From NCBI GenBank assembly GCA_965227835.1, contig OZ245768.1:600001-632000 (forward strand): a DNA stretch of 32,000 bases. The letters are read 5' to 3'. Shown here in pieces: positions 19,687 to 31,359 of the stretch (its first letter is position 1; every line of letters starts with the position of its first letter). The stretch is from Candidatus Saccharimonadota bacterium. Lineage in GTDB: Bacteria; Patescibacteriota; Gracilibacteria; BD1-5; UBA6164. The position numbers and the translations under genes were made by a program. The notes below the pieces were generated by a model. That model did not search any database. It was given only the letters and a program-made list of their open reading frames with translations, and was not told the origin of the DNA.

Positions 19687-19730
19687 AAAAATGATATAAT
19701 GTCTTATATATAAGACATTATATCATTTTT
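19687..19730. promoter_or_regulatory. Perfect 44-nt palindrome containing two facing TGATATAAT (extended -10) boxes; candidate operator/promoter
   Basis: AAAAATGATATAATGTCTTATA and TATAAGACATTATATCATTTTT give 22 of 22 complementary positions. It lies between divergent genes (minus start 19564, plus ATG 19736), so a terminator role is unnecessary. Confidence 0.5.
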
Positions 19731-19735
19731 TTAAT

Positions 19736-19867
19736 ATGACATCACTTAAACAAAAAATTTCTAATATAAAAAGTTATATAAAAATAATAGACTTACACAT
19801 CGATAAGCTAAAAGATGCTATATATAAAGGTAATTTTGATATACTTGATCATTATAGAGTAGAGTAG
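19736..19867 (+). CDS. Small ORF, 43 aa, ending inside a pentanucleotide repeat; doubtful
   Basis: ATG 19736 lies 5 nt after the palindrome, and the stop TAG 19865-19867 falls within (AGAGT)4. Two further short ORFs follow in another frame before the HTH gene. Confidence 0.25.
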   Translation: MTSLKQKISNIKSYIKIIDLHIDKLKDAIYKGNFDILDHYRVE

Positions 19868-19876
19868 AGTAGAGTA
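19855..19876. repeat. Tandem pentanucleotide repeat (AGAGT)x4, i.e. (TAGAG)x4.4
   Basis: Four perfect AGAGT units span 19856-19875. Confidence 0.95.
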
Positions 19877-19998
19877 TAATAATTTTACAACAAAAGCCGA
19901 AAATATATTAAATTCGCTAAACAGACATGAGAAAACCAAATAAATTGAAGAACAATATCTATATTCTAAAAAATCTTTAGATTCATTATTAAAAAAAT

Positions 19999-20604
19999 AT
20001 GGAAAATAAAAAATTAAAAGAAAAAAAATTATATAGATGATATGATACACTAAATTATGATACCTTAATAGATAATATTAAAGGTAGTGGTCTTAAATAT
20101 TATAACTATACAAATTCATTTGAATTTGCTAAGGAACATTGAAATATAATAATAGAGTTTGATGTAATAAAAAACTATATTAAAATCAAAGAAGAAAAAA
20201 CTAAAAATAGATTAGCAAACCCAATTGATTATGACTACAAGATAGAAAAGAATAATATAGATTGATATAGGTGGCTTATATCAAAATGAAAATATTATAA
20301 CAATTCATCAAATATATATCATTATAGAATTAATAAAAATAATCTTAAAATAAAAAATATATACTTTGTTTCAGAAGATATGAAAGAAAACATAGCAAAC
20401 ATCTCAATGTTAAATAGAAAATACGTATGATATAATCAAGAAACTTTTTCTAAGAAAACATGAATATATAGGTCAAAAATATCTGAATATGAAAATAAAT
20501 ACAGACTTCCAAGCATAGAAATAATATGAAAATTGGCTAAGTTTATACCAATAAACCAAAAAATAATAATAAAAAATACCCTACTTCTTATAAAACCTAT
20601 TTAA
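19999..20604 (+). CDS. Protein with a C-terminal XRE/Cro-type helix-turn-helix, 201 aa
   Basis: ATG 19999 to TAA 20602-20604. The C-terminus QETFSKKTGIYRSKISEYENKYRLPSIEIIGKLAKFI fits the HTH_XRE pattern q..la...g.s.s.is..E.g...Ps...l.kla. The N-terminal ~145 aa were not recognised. Confidence 0.65.
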
Positions 20605-20619
20605 AAATATAAAAAAGTT

Positions 20620-21777
20620 ATGTTTGAATTTAAAATAAAAAATACAGATTCTTATGCAAGAACTTGAGAGTTTTTTACATACCATGGGAGTTTTAAAACA
20701 CCTATATTTATGCCAGTATGAACTAGAGCTAGTGTAAAATGAATTTCAAAAGAAGATTTAGAAAATATGTGAGCTGAAATTATTTTAAATAATACATACC
20801 ATCTATATTTAAGACCTGGACAAGATATAATAAAAGATTTTTGATGAGTACATAAGTTTCAAAACCACGAAAAACCTATACTTACAGATTCATGATGATT
20901 TCAAGTATTTTCTCTAAACACAAAAGATTCTTTGGTAAAAATAACACAAAACTGAGTACATTTTAGAAGTTTTATAGATTGATCGAAACATCTTTTCACA
21001 GCAGAAAAAAATATGGATATTCAGTCAGATTTAGGAGCTGATATAATAATGGCATTTGATGAATGTGCTCCTGGAAATTCAAGTTATGATTATGCTAAAA
21101 AAGCAATGGAAAGAACTCATAAATGGGCAGAAAGATGTGTAAAAAAACGGAAAGAAAACAATAAAAAAAGAGAAGAGAACTGAGAATATCTACAAGCTCT
21201 TTTCCCTATTTGCCAATGAGTCATATATGATGATTTAAGAATAGAATCTAGTAAGTTTATATGAGATTTGGATTGTCCTTGAATAGCTATTTGATGATTA
21301 TCTGTATGAGAAAGTAAAAAAGATATGTATAGGATTTTAGATACTATAAAAGAAGTACTTCCTATAAATAAACCTAGATATTTAATGTGAGTTGGTACTC
21401 CAGAGGATTTAGTGGAATGAATTTATAGATGAGTTGATATGTTTGATTGTGTCTTACCTACTAGACTTGGAAGACATTGAGTAGCTTTTAGTAGTAAATG
21501 AAATATAAGGATAAAAAATGAAAAATATAAAAACTCTAAAGAATCTATTGACGATAATTGTAATTGTAAGGTTTGTAGGGAATATAGTTTATGATATTTG
21601 AGGCATTTAATAAGAGAATCAGAAATGCTTGGAATGCAACTTTTATCTTATCATAATCTGTATTTTTTAATAAATTTGGCTAAAAAAGCTAGAATAGCTA
21701 TTTTGGAAAACAATTTTAGTGAATTTAGGGATAGTTTTTGGAAATCTTATGATCCTGAAAAAAAGCTTTATAGATAG
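20620..21777 (+). CDS. tgt: Queuine tRNA-ribosyltransferase
   Basis: Motifs: FKTPIFMPVGT, ILTDSGGFQVFS (GG = TGA TGA at 20893-20898), MAFDEC, GIAIGGLSVGE, RYLMGVGTPEDL, DMFDCVLPTR and the Zn site CNCKVC..H. It ends at TAG 21775-21777, 1158 nt. Confidence 0.95.
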
Positions 21778-21948
21778 ATATATAATACTGGTAAGTTTAT
21801 AATTGAAAGATGGATTTAGATAATTTGATGTAAAAAATAAATATTGTGCAAAAAACTTTTTAAAACCAAAGATAAATTTTAGAATTTTGCTCTATTTATT
21901 TCAACCATTAAAAGAAAATTTTTTCGTAATTTTCTAATCATAATACTA

Positions 21949-24900
21949 TTATCTCAGTTGTTCAAGTAAAGGAATTTCTCTCTTAAATTGATTTAAAGAA
22001 CTATCAAAACCTTGAAGGATATTGTTTTGTTCTAAAATTTCTTTAACCATATCTCTAACATCAAATATAAATCCTTCTCTATACCCACTATTAATGAGGT
22101 TAGATATATCATTGTTTAATATAGTTGTAACTCTATTAACCGTTTTTGCATGTTCTAAATAACTTCACTGCTCACTATGAGAAATATCAGGATTATGTAC
22201 CCATTTACTATTTAGAATATCTTTAATATCATTTGATTCTAACAGTTTAATGTAGTTTTTTACAAAATCTTTTCATATATCTGAATATTTTCACCCATAA
22301 TGACTTTGAGAAACCAAATTTCAAATTATAAAATAACTAAATACCTCTTCTATTCTTCTAATTCATAGAATGTCTGTTCTACCATTTATATGATCTCAAA
22401 GTACCGGAAAATCTTTTTTGTCTAAAACTCAAGCATCATAGCACATAATACAAGTATCTGTAATGTTATTCCAATTTCATGTATGAAATGATTTTTCAGG
22501 ATATGATATTTGATAATTTTTGAGAAAAATCATCAAAGAACCTAAAATTCAAGAAAGAAAATTGGGTAGTCTTCAAGCAATAGAAAGCTGTGCCTCTATT
22601 TTTTCATCATCCAATATACCAATATCTTTTAGTTTATAAAAAACTTCTATCAGTTGAAGTGGAGAAGAACATGGTGGTAGATTTAAAGAGGTATCTGAAT
22701 GTATAAGTTTAAAAGGAGTACTAGAAAAACCAAATAATGATTGGAGATTTGATATCTTTTCTTTTTCCAAAGGAGAAGAAAAATGTAGCTTTCATCATAT
22801 TGGAAAATATGATTCAAATCAATGAGATAAACTATTTAGTTTATTTTTTCAGTAGCTAAAGTTTCAAATTATTTTTTCAAAAATATTATCTTTTTTTAAA
22901 GTTTCAAATATCTTTATATCTAAGGTATCCTGAGTATGATTTGGTTTTGTAGTAAAAATTCATTGATAACCTCAATCTAAATTGTAGAGCCCTTTTCTTG
23001 ATTTTTTCATAAAATCTATGAAAAAATCAAGAAAAGGTTTTTGTGATAATTTATTATCATCTTTAGATACTATATAACTAAAATTATCTTTACTATCAAA
23101 ATATTCCAATAATCCTCCAGATATTTTAGAATTATCACTTCATAAAAATAGAGACAGTTTATCTTTATTTGATTTTATTAGCTTACTAATATTTTCATTT
23201 ATAACAGATTTTAAAAAATCAGATTTGGATTTAAATAATTCAAAAATAATTAGTTCTTCTCAATCTTTGAAGAATATATATCAAGAATCTATTAATTGGT
23301 AAAAAAGATTTTTCAAAAAATCATCAAAATTTCAGTTTTGAATTGTTTTTCTATCTTTAATAAAAGAAAATAATATAAAACCAAATATTCCATAATAATT
23401 ATTGTAGGTTCATTTGTATATTTTTGCTATTTCTCCTATTCTTTCAAAAATACAAGACAATATAGGATTTTTCAAATCTTCTTGAAAAGTATAAAATATT
23501 TCTTCAAAAGACATATTTGAAATATTTCTTTCTCAGAAAAATATTATTCTAAAAATTTCTGGATATAAAGGGAATTCTGTGAAAAATAAGTATGGTAGGA
23601 CACTATTTTTTTGAAGAGAAATTTTATATGTTATATAAGTAAGATCCTGATTTGATAATTTATCTAAATTTTCTTCCAATAAGGTTAGTATTTCTTTTGT
23701 TTTATGGTATTGTAAAATGTTACCTTGAAAACTATTGTCTATATTTTTAAACCCTTCTACAAGGTCTAAAATATGATTTTTAATAGAAATTTGGTTTTTA
23801 TTAAAAATATTTTCATTTTTTGAAACATTAGATAAGCTCGTTCTAATTTTTTTATTATCATCTTTAAGTCTATAAAAAAAATTATTTTTATTGAGATTCT
23901 TATCCTCTAATTCAAGAAAAAAATTTTTTTGATCAAAAGCTTGAAAACAATTTTCAAGACGCAAAAGACTTTTATCTCATCTTTCAATTGATAATGTTGT
24001 AATACTATAAATAATTTTTTCTAATTCTTGTCTAGAAAAAGATTCAATTTCGGTTCATTCAATAGAATCATAAAATTTAATCATTTCATTATATATAAAA
24101 AACCCTTTTTTTCACTCGTTGGAAAAATCATCAAATAAAGCCAAATACTTTTCTAACAAAAGATTAGTTATTTTTGCTTTATAAGTATCTAGAGTAGGAC
24201 TAGAATCTAATATTTCATAAGAAAATCAATTCAAATAAGAAAATTTACCCGATTTTGATGATGTTCTTATATATCTATAATCAAAAAATTTCTTATTACT
24301 ATCCGATGAAAAATGCTCCCTGCTAATTTTATTACAAAAAATTGAGAAAATTTTTCTAGACATTTTTCATTTCTGTCTAGTCTTCATATAGTTTTCCCTA
24401 AATCTCAAATATAGTTCTTCTTGAGAAATATTATCTATTTTTTCAATTCAAAAAACAGGTTTGTTTAAAATATGAAAATTGTCTCAAATAAGGATATTAG
24501 GTAAGTCATCATTTATATAAGGTGAAAGATATTTGAAATACTTATTTCATAAAATTTCTATTTTTTCTAAAAAAAATCTAATATAATTTTCTATACATGA
24601 AATATCTTTTACACAGACTAAATCATTTATAACTCAAAAAAAGAAGTAAGGAGTTGTTAAAATTCTACAAATAAAATCTATTTTTTCTTTTTTAGTTTTA
24701 GTCTCTAAGTATGACTCTTCTATACATTTTTTCATAAAAATAAGAATACTCTCAAAATCATTATCTATAAAATCAACTCATTTTTTTATATCAGATATAG
24801 ATATGTTTGGGTTATATTGTGACAATTTCTCATAAAAATAATTAGGAAATCCATTTATATTATTAACAAAATAATAATCCAAATCTTTTCAATTTAAGGA

Positions 24901-25017
24901 AATATTTGTTATCTCATCTTGAGAAACTGATATAAGAATTTTATCACCCTCTATATTTTTTTCATAAACTTTTATTTCTTCCAATTTTGAGATTTCATTT
25001 TTTTTATCTATGTTCAT
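21949..25017 (-). CDS. Very large hypothetical protein, 1022 aa, no recognisable domain
   Basis: ATG 25017 to TAA 21949-21951, 3069 nt, verified codon by codon. The track fragments 22573..22770 and 23533..23964 are pieces of this frame. I saw no P-loop, nuclease or helicase motif. Confidence 0.85.
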
Positions 25018-25050
25018 TAAAAAGCTATTAAACTATTAAAATATATTTCT

Positions 25051-25078
25051 TTTATAATAAAAAATTAAAATAAGTCAA
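25051..25078 (-). promoter_or_regulatory. Sigma70-like promoter, TTGACT-16-TATAAA, for the 1022-aa gene
   Basis: On the minus strand, TTGACT lies at 25078-25073 and TATAAA at 25056-25051. The ATG is at 25017. Confidence 0.5.
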
Positions 25079-25098
25079 TTAAATTTTATAAAAAAATA

Positions 25099-25126
25099 TT
25101 GACTAATGTAAATTAAATCTTATAAA
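25099..25126 (+). promoter_or_regulatory. Sigma70-like promoter, TTGACT-16-TATAAA, for the helical-protein/AAA+ operon
   Basis: TTGACT lies at 25099-25104 and TATAAA at 25121-25126, with the ATG at 25158. The hexamers and spacer length are the same as in the minus-strand promoter 20 bp away. Confidence 0.5.
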
Positions 25127-25157
25127 TTGAATAACAATATTTTTTAATCATAAAAAA

Positions 25158-26585
25158 ATGACTATGTGTGATGCTCAAAAAAATTTAAATTCTCAAATAT
25201 GAGAGACTATACCTCTAAATAGTATGGCAAATAAAGAAATTGAATGATCTGATATCACAAAGATAGAAGATACAAGCAGTAGAGTATTTGATATTATTCA
25301 AAATAAGATTTCTGGAACAGAAATAAAATGAAATGAAAAAAAGCCAGATTTACAAAAACTTATAAATAGCATGTCTAAAAAACAGCTTTGAGATAACTCT
25401 ATATTATCACATGCAAAAAAAGCATTGAAAAATATGGATAAGACTATATGAGGTGAAGTATTAATGAAATTAAATAGTTGCAAGGATATAAAAATTCTTA
25501 CAGATATACATACGGAAATAGTTTCTAGAAGTCTTGATGAGGCCCAAAAAAAGTATTACAAACTAACTCAAACAGAATGAAATGACCCTAAAAAAGTGGA
25601 TGAAGCTATACTAGGAAGTGAAATAATATGAAATGTCACAATATTAAATGCTCATATTAATAATTGTAGAAATGAAGTAGAAGTAGTAAGAGAATTTACT
25701 ATAAAAAAATGATTTTTGGCAAATATTCTTTCTATATTTAAAACTGAGGAGAAAAAAAGTGCAGAAAAAATAAATTTTGAAATATGATGAGCTATTAAAG
25801 AAATGCAGTCCTTTATAGAAAAAAGATGAGATCTTGATAAAATAGTTGAAGGTCTTAACGGAGTAGAAGAAAAATTTCGTATACAGCATGAAGAAGATTA
25901 TAAAATATATGTAACTCTTAACTACATGGCAGTAGTTATAGGTAATGAAATTAAAAAAATAACAAGAGAAATAAAAAGATGAAATTTGGATGAAATAGAA
26001 GAAGTTAAGAAAAAAGAAAGAATAAATGAACTAAATGCTATATCAGAGAGTATAATAAATCAAGCTGAGTATATGAAACAATATTCAATATTGGAATTTT
26101 TAAATTCAAAGTATGCAAAAAACACTTCAAATAGAGTCAGTGTAGATTACAATATGATGGTTTTCCTTTTATGACGTAAAATAGAGAATTATTTCAACAG
26201 TGCAGAGTTAATAAAATGAGTAAATTTAGGTCTTGCTTTGAAAGATTGAAATACAAATCTTATGAAAAAAAGTTTAGAAGAATCAAAACAGCTTTTAGAA
26301 TCTCAAATGGAAATACAGCAAGGGGGAGTAGAATTTTTAAAGGATTTATCAAGTGAAATGAAAAAACATCAAGCTGAACTTGAAAAAATTAATAAAAAAT
26401 GAAATGAAGATAGAAAAGAAATAGTACAATTACTAGAAAATTTATGAAAAACTTGAGATAAAATTTTAGATATGTCCAACAACACTATGGAATTATTAGA
26501 ATATGAATGAGGAGAAAAAAAGGATAAATTAGAAGATAAGAATGAAAGATGAGATGAAGATAATGAATTAGAAATTAAAAGCTAA
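25158..26585 (+). CDS. All-helical/coiled-coil protein with an acidic C-terminal tail, 475 aa; possibly TelA/YaaN-like
   Basis: ATG 25158 to TAA 26583-26585, 1428 nt, verified codon by codon. The segment FRIQHEEDYKIYVTLNYMAVVIGNEIKKI resembles the TelA-family core (..eyfd.L..yiaaGe.kl.e) as I recall it from memory. The C-terminus is ..KLEDKNERGDEDNELEIKS. Confidence 0.8.
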
Positions 26586-26597
26586 AATAAAAAATCT

Positions 26598-27734
26598 ATG
26601 GAAAAAATAAATTTAGAATATTCAAACTGAATTAAAGATATAGAAAAAGTAATTGATAAATTTAGAACATTAGAACCCTCATATGAAAGGGAAAAGGATT
26701 TAAAAAATATAACAGATATATTAGAGAATTTAAATTTATTAAGTTATCCAAAATTACATATTCCTTATATATCAGGATACGAGAATCCTACGTTTAAAAT
26801 ACAATATAGTGAATTTTTTTATGCAGAAATAGACAAAATAGTGGCTTTCTTAAAAGATGAAATTTCAATATTAAAATGTTCTAACGGTTTTAATATGAGA
26901 TCTATTGTTTTAAGTGATGAAGTAAAGAAAGATGTAGAAATAATAATGTCACAGATAAAAAACGATGATATTTTTGAAAGTTTCTGAATAGGATATCCTC
27001 GTTCAATGATTTTTCAAGGTCCTCCTGGAACATGAAAAACGTTATTAGCAAAAATTATGTCAAACTCATCTAGATGTAATTTTCTTAATGTACCTCTATC
27101 AGATATATTAGGTCATTTGGTATGATCAACTGAAAAGTCTATAGATCATAAATATAGAAAAGCAAGTGAAATGTATAAAAATACAGGTAAATTTACTATA
27201 TTATTTATAGATGAAGCAGATTGAGTAGTAGAAGATAGAAGGCTATGAAAACAACATTCAATTACAGGAGAATTTCTACAACATATAGATGGAACAAGAT
27301 CTAGAAAATGAATTATTACTATATTTGCAACAAATTATCTTGATAAAATAGATAGTGCAATAAAAAGTAGGGCTGAATATATATTGCATTTTAAAAACCC
27401 TAGTCATCAAGAAATAGAGAGAATATTTGAGATTAATCTGAAACAAAGAGACAAAGAAATTATAGAATTTATATATCAAAAAATTGAAGATAATCATAGT
27501 GAGTTTGAAAAAATATGTAAGATTTGTGAAGATAACGAAATGAGTGGTCGTGATATAAATAACATAATTAATATTTTTCTTAAAAATATAATTATGGATG
27601 TATTAACCATATACAATGAAAAAAACAAACCTAGGGATTTTAATATAAAAGACACTGTAAAAGATTTAAATATAGTTTATTATTTAGAAGAAGTTGTAAA
27701 AAAAAGAATAGATGATAAGAAAAATGAGTCTTAA
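26598..27734 (+). CDS. Classic-clade AAA+ ATPase with a ~140-aa N-terminal domain, 378 aa
   Basis: Walker A is MIFQGPPGTGKTLLAK (27018-27041, with TGA at 27033-27035). Walker B is ILFIDEADG, sensor-1 is IFATNYLDKIDSAIKSR, and a lid region contains MSGRDINN. It starts 12 nt after the upstream stop and ends at TAA 27732-27734. Confidence 0.9.
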
Positions 27735-27740
27735 AAAGTA

Positions 27741-27772
27741 AAAAAAGAAACAACTTTTGTTGTTTCTTTTTT
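27741..27772. terminator. Bidirectional terminator
   Basis: AAAAAAGAAACAAC pairs with GTTGTTTCTTTTTT around the loop TTTT. It lies between the convergent AAA+ gene and the GT-C-like gene. Confidence 0.75.
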
Positions 27773-27789
27773 AATCAAACCGCAAATAT

Positions 27790-30700
27790 CTAATCCATAA
27801 CCTCAAAAAGAGCTTTATATCAATGTTTTACTCTAGGCTTTAAATAACTAACAACATCTTGATTAGTTTTAGTTCTATTATCTCTATCAGCAAGAAAATT
27901 GTATCAATCATAAATATTTAAAAGATAGCTATAATTATCATTATCTATTTCAGATTTAAGTATTAAATTAGCAATTTGGGAATGACAGTATTTCATTTTT
28001 ATTCACCTAAGAATAACTTTGGTATTATTTTCTAAATAAGACTCATAATTAACTCAAACCAAATTTAAATAATCTCTCTTATCTTGTGGAGTTTTAGATG
28101 ATTTTTTATACATATCAAGACCTAGTTTTAAACATAAACTATCTGTTTCAATAAGCTTAATTTTATCAGAGGAAAGCATATCCAAAAGACTTTCATATCT
28201 TCTAGTAAGATTTCTTCTAGGATCCTTATCTATAGTAGCAGCATTTAAATCTATAAGAAGATATTTAAGATCTAGATTTTTAATATTTTTTATAGTTTTT
28301 GAATTAGAATTTTCTACATATATATAATCCCAGAAAAAATTCAATAAACTATCTTCCAAAAGTCTACTATTATTATCTGAAATATAGTATTTTAAAAATG
28401 TTCATATTCTATATATATTTTGATTGTTTTTAAACTCATTTGGAGGATTTAACATAAAATTATACATTCTTTTTTCAATATTTTTGGAAGCTTTCTTTAC
28501 CAAAGAAAGCTTATTTCTATCATTTTTGAAAAGATCTAAAAGTTGTTTATCCAAAACCCCAGAATAAATTTGATTTAAAAAAGATATAGTAGAAACAAAA
28601 TCCAGTTTATTTCAAACTACAAGTTTATTAATAATCTCATCATTTTTATTATCACGAAATAAACTAGCCATAATATCAGATTGCTTTCTTTCATCTAAAT
28701 TCAAAACAGAAAGTATTTTTTTATATTCGGGATGATATAGGAATACAGATTCTTCAAAACTAAAACTTCAAGCTTTGAAATATTTGTATCAAGCATTTTT
28801 AAGATTATTAAAACTGTAAGGAAAAATACTCAAGAAAAAATATGATAAAAATATAGAAAAAACTACCACACTTCAAAAAAGTTTCAAATTTTTCTTTCAC
28901 TCTCAATAATCAAGCTTTATGATTGATATTCTATAAACACCTATTCAAATCATTAAAAGAAGAGAAAAATACATAACTATACCATACCAAACAATACCAA
29001 AAGAAGATATAGTAAATAGAAATATATAAAATGTAGCAAATACCAAATTAGCTATAAAAAGTTCATTTAACTTATCCTTTTTTAGTAAATATAAAAAGAT
29101 AAAAACAGGCAATAAAAACAAAAACAAAATAAATAAATATCCCGAAGGCAATGTCATATCAGACATAACACTTGTAATATAAGACCTACTAGAAGGTATA
29201 ACAAAAAGCAAAATCTCTAAAAATAAAACTGACAAGATAAGGTATTCTAAATATCTCTTCCTAAATTTAAGAAATAAAAACAAAGCAGGAATCAAAGCTA
29301 AAAACAACCATCAAATAGTTGTAAATTCTCATCATTGATTAACTTGCATAGTAAGATTCCAAGGCAATTTTATGTAATTATTAATTCATTTTTCATATCA
29401 AAAATATCTTCAAAAATCTTCATTTTGTGTAGTTCAACTATTAGATATTCTTCTAAACTCTTTTTGTTCCTCTATTTTTTCAAGCTCCTGTTTGGAATAA
29501 ATATTTTCTAAATCTATATTTAAATTATCACCTTTTCCACCTAAAATAACTCAAATACTATTAACATTTAAATCTTTAGATAAAATTTGACTTATATTCT
29601 TAAAAAACCATGGACTCAAAGCTATAAATATTCAAAGAAAGAAAATTAGAATATTTTTAAATAAATTCTTAAATTGTTTTCTTCTTTTTAAAACTCCAAA
29701 AACAATTAGAGATAATCATAAAATTAAAGATAAAATAGAGAATATATTTATCAAAATATTATTATCTTTATCATAAACTACATTTAGATAATCCCATAAT
29801 CTAGCTTTGGTAAATATAGCAAAATAAACTCCCAAATATCATAAAAATCAAGCTAAGCCTATATGTTTATAAAATATTAATCATATAACAGATGATATAA
29901 GCATAAGTGATGTAAGCTTAATTGAAAAGGCAAATCAGGCTAAAATTCAAGCAACAAAAAAGAGTTTAATAAAAAAATATTTCTCATTTTTTTTGATATC
30001 TATTTTATTATCTTTTTGATTATTAAGCTGAAAAGAGGAAGTAAAATCTCTGTTTTGAAAATGACTATATATTTTAAATATTAAATAAAAAACTATAATA
30101 CTAACAAAGAAAAGTCCTTCATCTACTTTCATATCTTTAGCTTGATGAAAAACAACCATAGGCATAGAAATAAAAATAACCGAAAGCAAAAGTCATATAT
30201 TTATTATGTGTTTTTCTCCTTTGGATTTTATATTAGAAAAAAGATCTGAGACAATAAGTATAAGCACTATAACCGTCAAAAATCCTCATACTGAGTTTAA
30301 GAAAAATGCTTGTACTGGTTCTGAAATCATATATCAAATTCCAGTAAAAATCTGCCAAGAATACATTCATCCTAGAAAATCAATAACTCAAGATTGAGCC
30401 ATTTGCCTAGGGAAATTCATATATACTCATAAATCGTCCCAACCTATAGGCATAGGTCTAACAATATTTATTAAATTTATAGATAAAACTACAACAAGTA
30501 TCAAAAATAAAAATTCAGTTGATATTAAATTGAAAGAAAGTTTATCAGATAAACTTTTACTTTTAAAATCATGATTATCAAAATCTATTCTGTAACTAGA
30601 AATTCAGCTAACAAGCTCTAAAATCTCTTTTTTGGAATATAAAGCAAACAAAAAGATTATAAAAAAAACTAAATAAAGATTATATAATCAAAAAAGACCT

Positions 30701-31083
30701 ACTATAAAAAGTAGTGAAATAAAAGAAAAAAATCAAATAGACAAAGAAAGCAAAAAATTGAAAATACTATATTCTAGATTATATCAAAACAGTCCTATCT
30801 TTTTTATAATCTTTCTTCAAAATGATATACTTATAAAAATCAAAAATATAGGAAAAATCATATATCAAAGTATTTTAAAAAAAAGTCCTACTCATTTAGA
30901 AGCAGAGAAATCTTGTCATCAAGAAAAAACAAAAAATAAAATACTAAGAATAAAAAGATTTAATAAAAAATATAAAAACACCTCAATTAAGGTAAAACTT
31001 ACTATATTTGAAGAGTTTTTAGTCTTTATATATTTATAAACTGCATAAAATATAAATATAGGGATTATATAGTGTAAATATCA
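27790..31083 (-). CDS. Giant polytopic membrane protein, GT-C (ArnT/PMT)-like glycosyltransferase candidate, ~1097 aa, TTG start proposed
   Basis: The frame is open from stop TAA 31090-31092 down to TAG 27790-27792, verified codon by codon. The first possible start is TTG 31083, then GTG 30981, then ATG 30861. There are many TM helices. The loop RPMPIGWDDLGVYMNF directly follows a TM helix, like the acidic first-loop motif of GT-C enzymes. A soluble C-terminal domain of roughly 450 aa follows. The track ORFs 28054.., 28945.. and 29947.. are fragments of this frame. Confidence 0.75.
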
Positions 31084-31324
31084 ATCAAAATTAACCATAT
31101 GAGATGGTGTAATTGTATAATAAAAAAAAGCTATAATAAAAGAAAATATTACAAGAAGAAATAATTTAGATATGTAGTTAATCACTTTTAGTTTTAAAAT
31201 TAAATGTTAAAATAAGTTTTTAGAAAATAATAGGTAAATTTTATAAATTATTGTTTTTAAATTGGATACCTCTATCTATGCACATTATGTATTATACACT
31301 CTATGTGTGAAAAAGAACAAAAAT

Positions 31325-31353
31325 TTGACAAAAAATACTTGTTTTTATATAAT
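31325..31353 (+). promoter_or_regulatory. Full-consensus sigma70 promoter, TTGACA-17-TATAAT
   Basis: TTGACA lies at 31325-31330 and TATAAT at 31348-31353, with exactly 17 nt between them. Confidence 0.6.
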
Positions 31354-31359
31354 ACTATA

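Noticed and set aside
31095-31097. ATG at 31097 as the start of the giant membrane protein.
   Set aside because: It is in a different frame and reaches TAA after 10 codons (MVNFDCIYTI*). The long frame is bounded upstream by TAA 31090-31092, leaving TTG 31083 as the first possible start.
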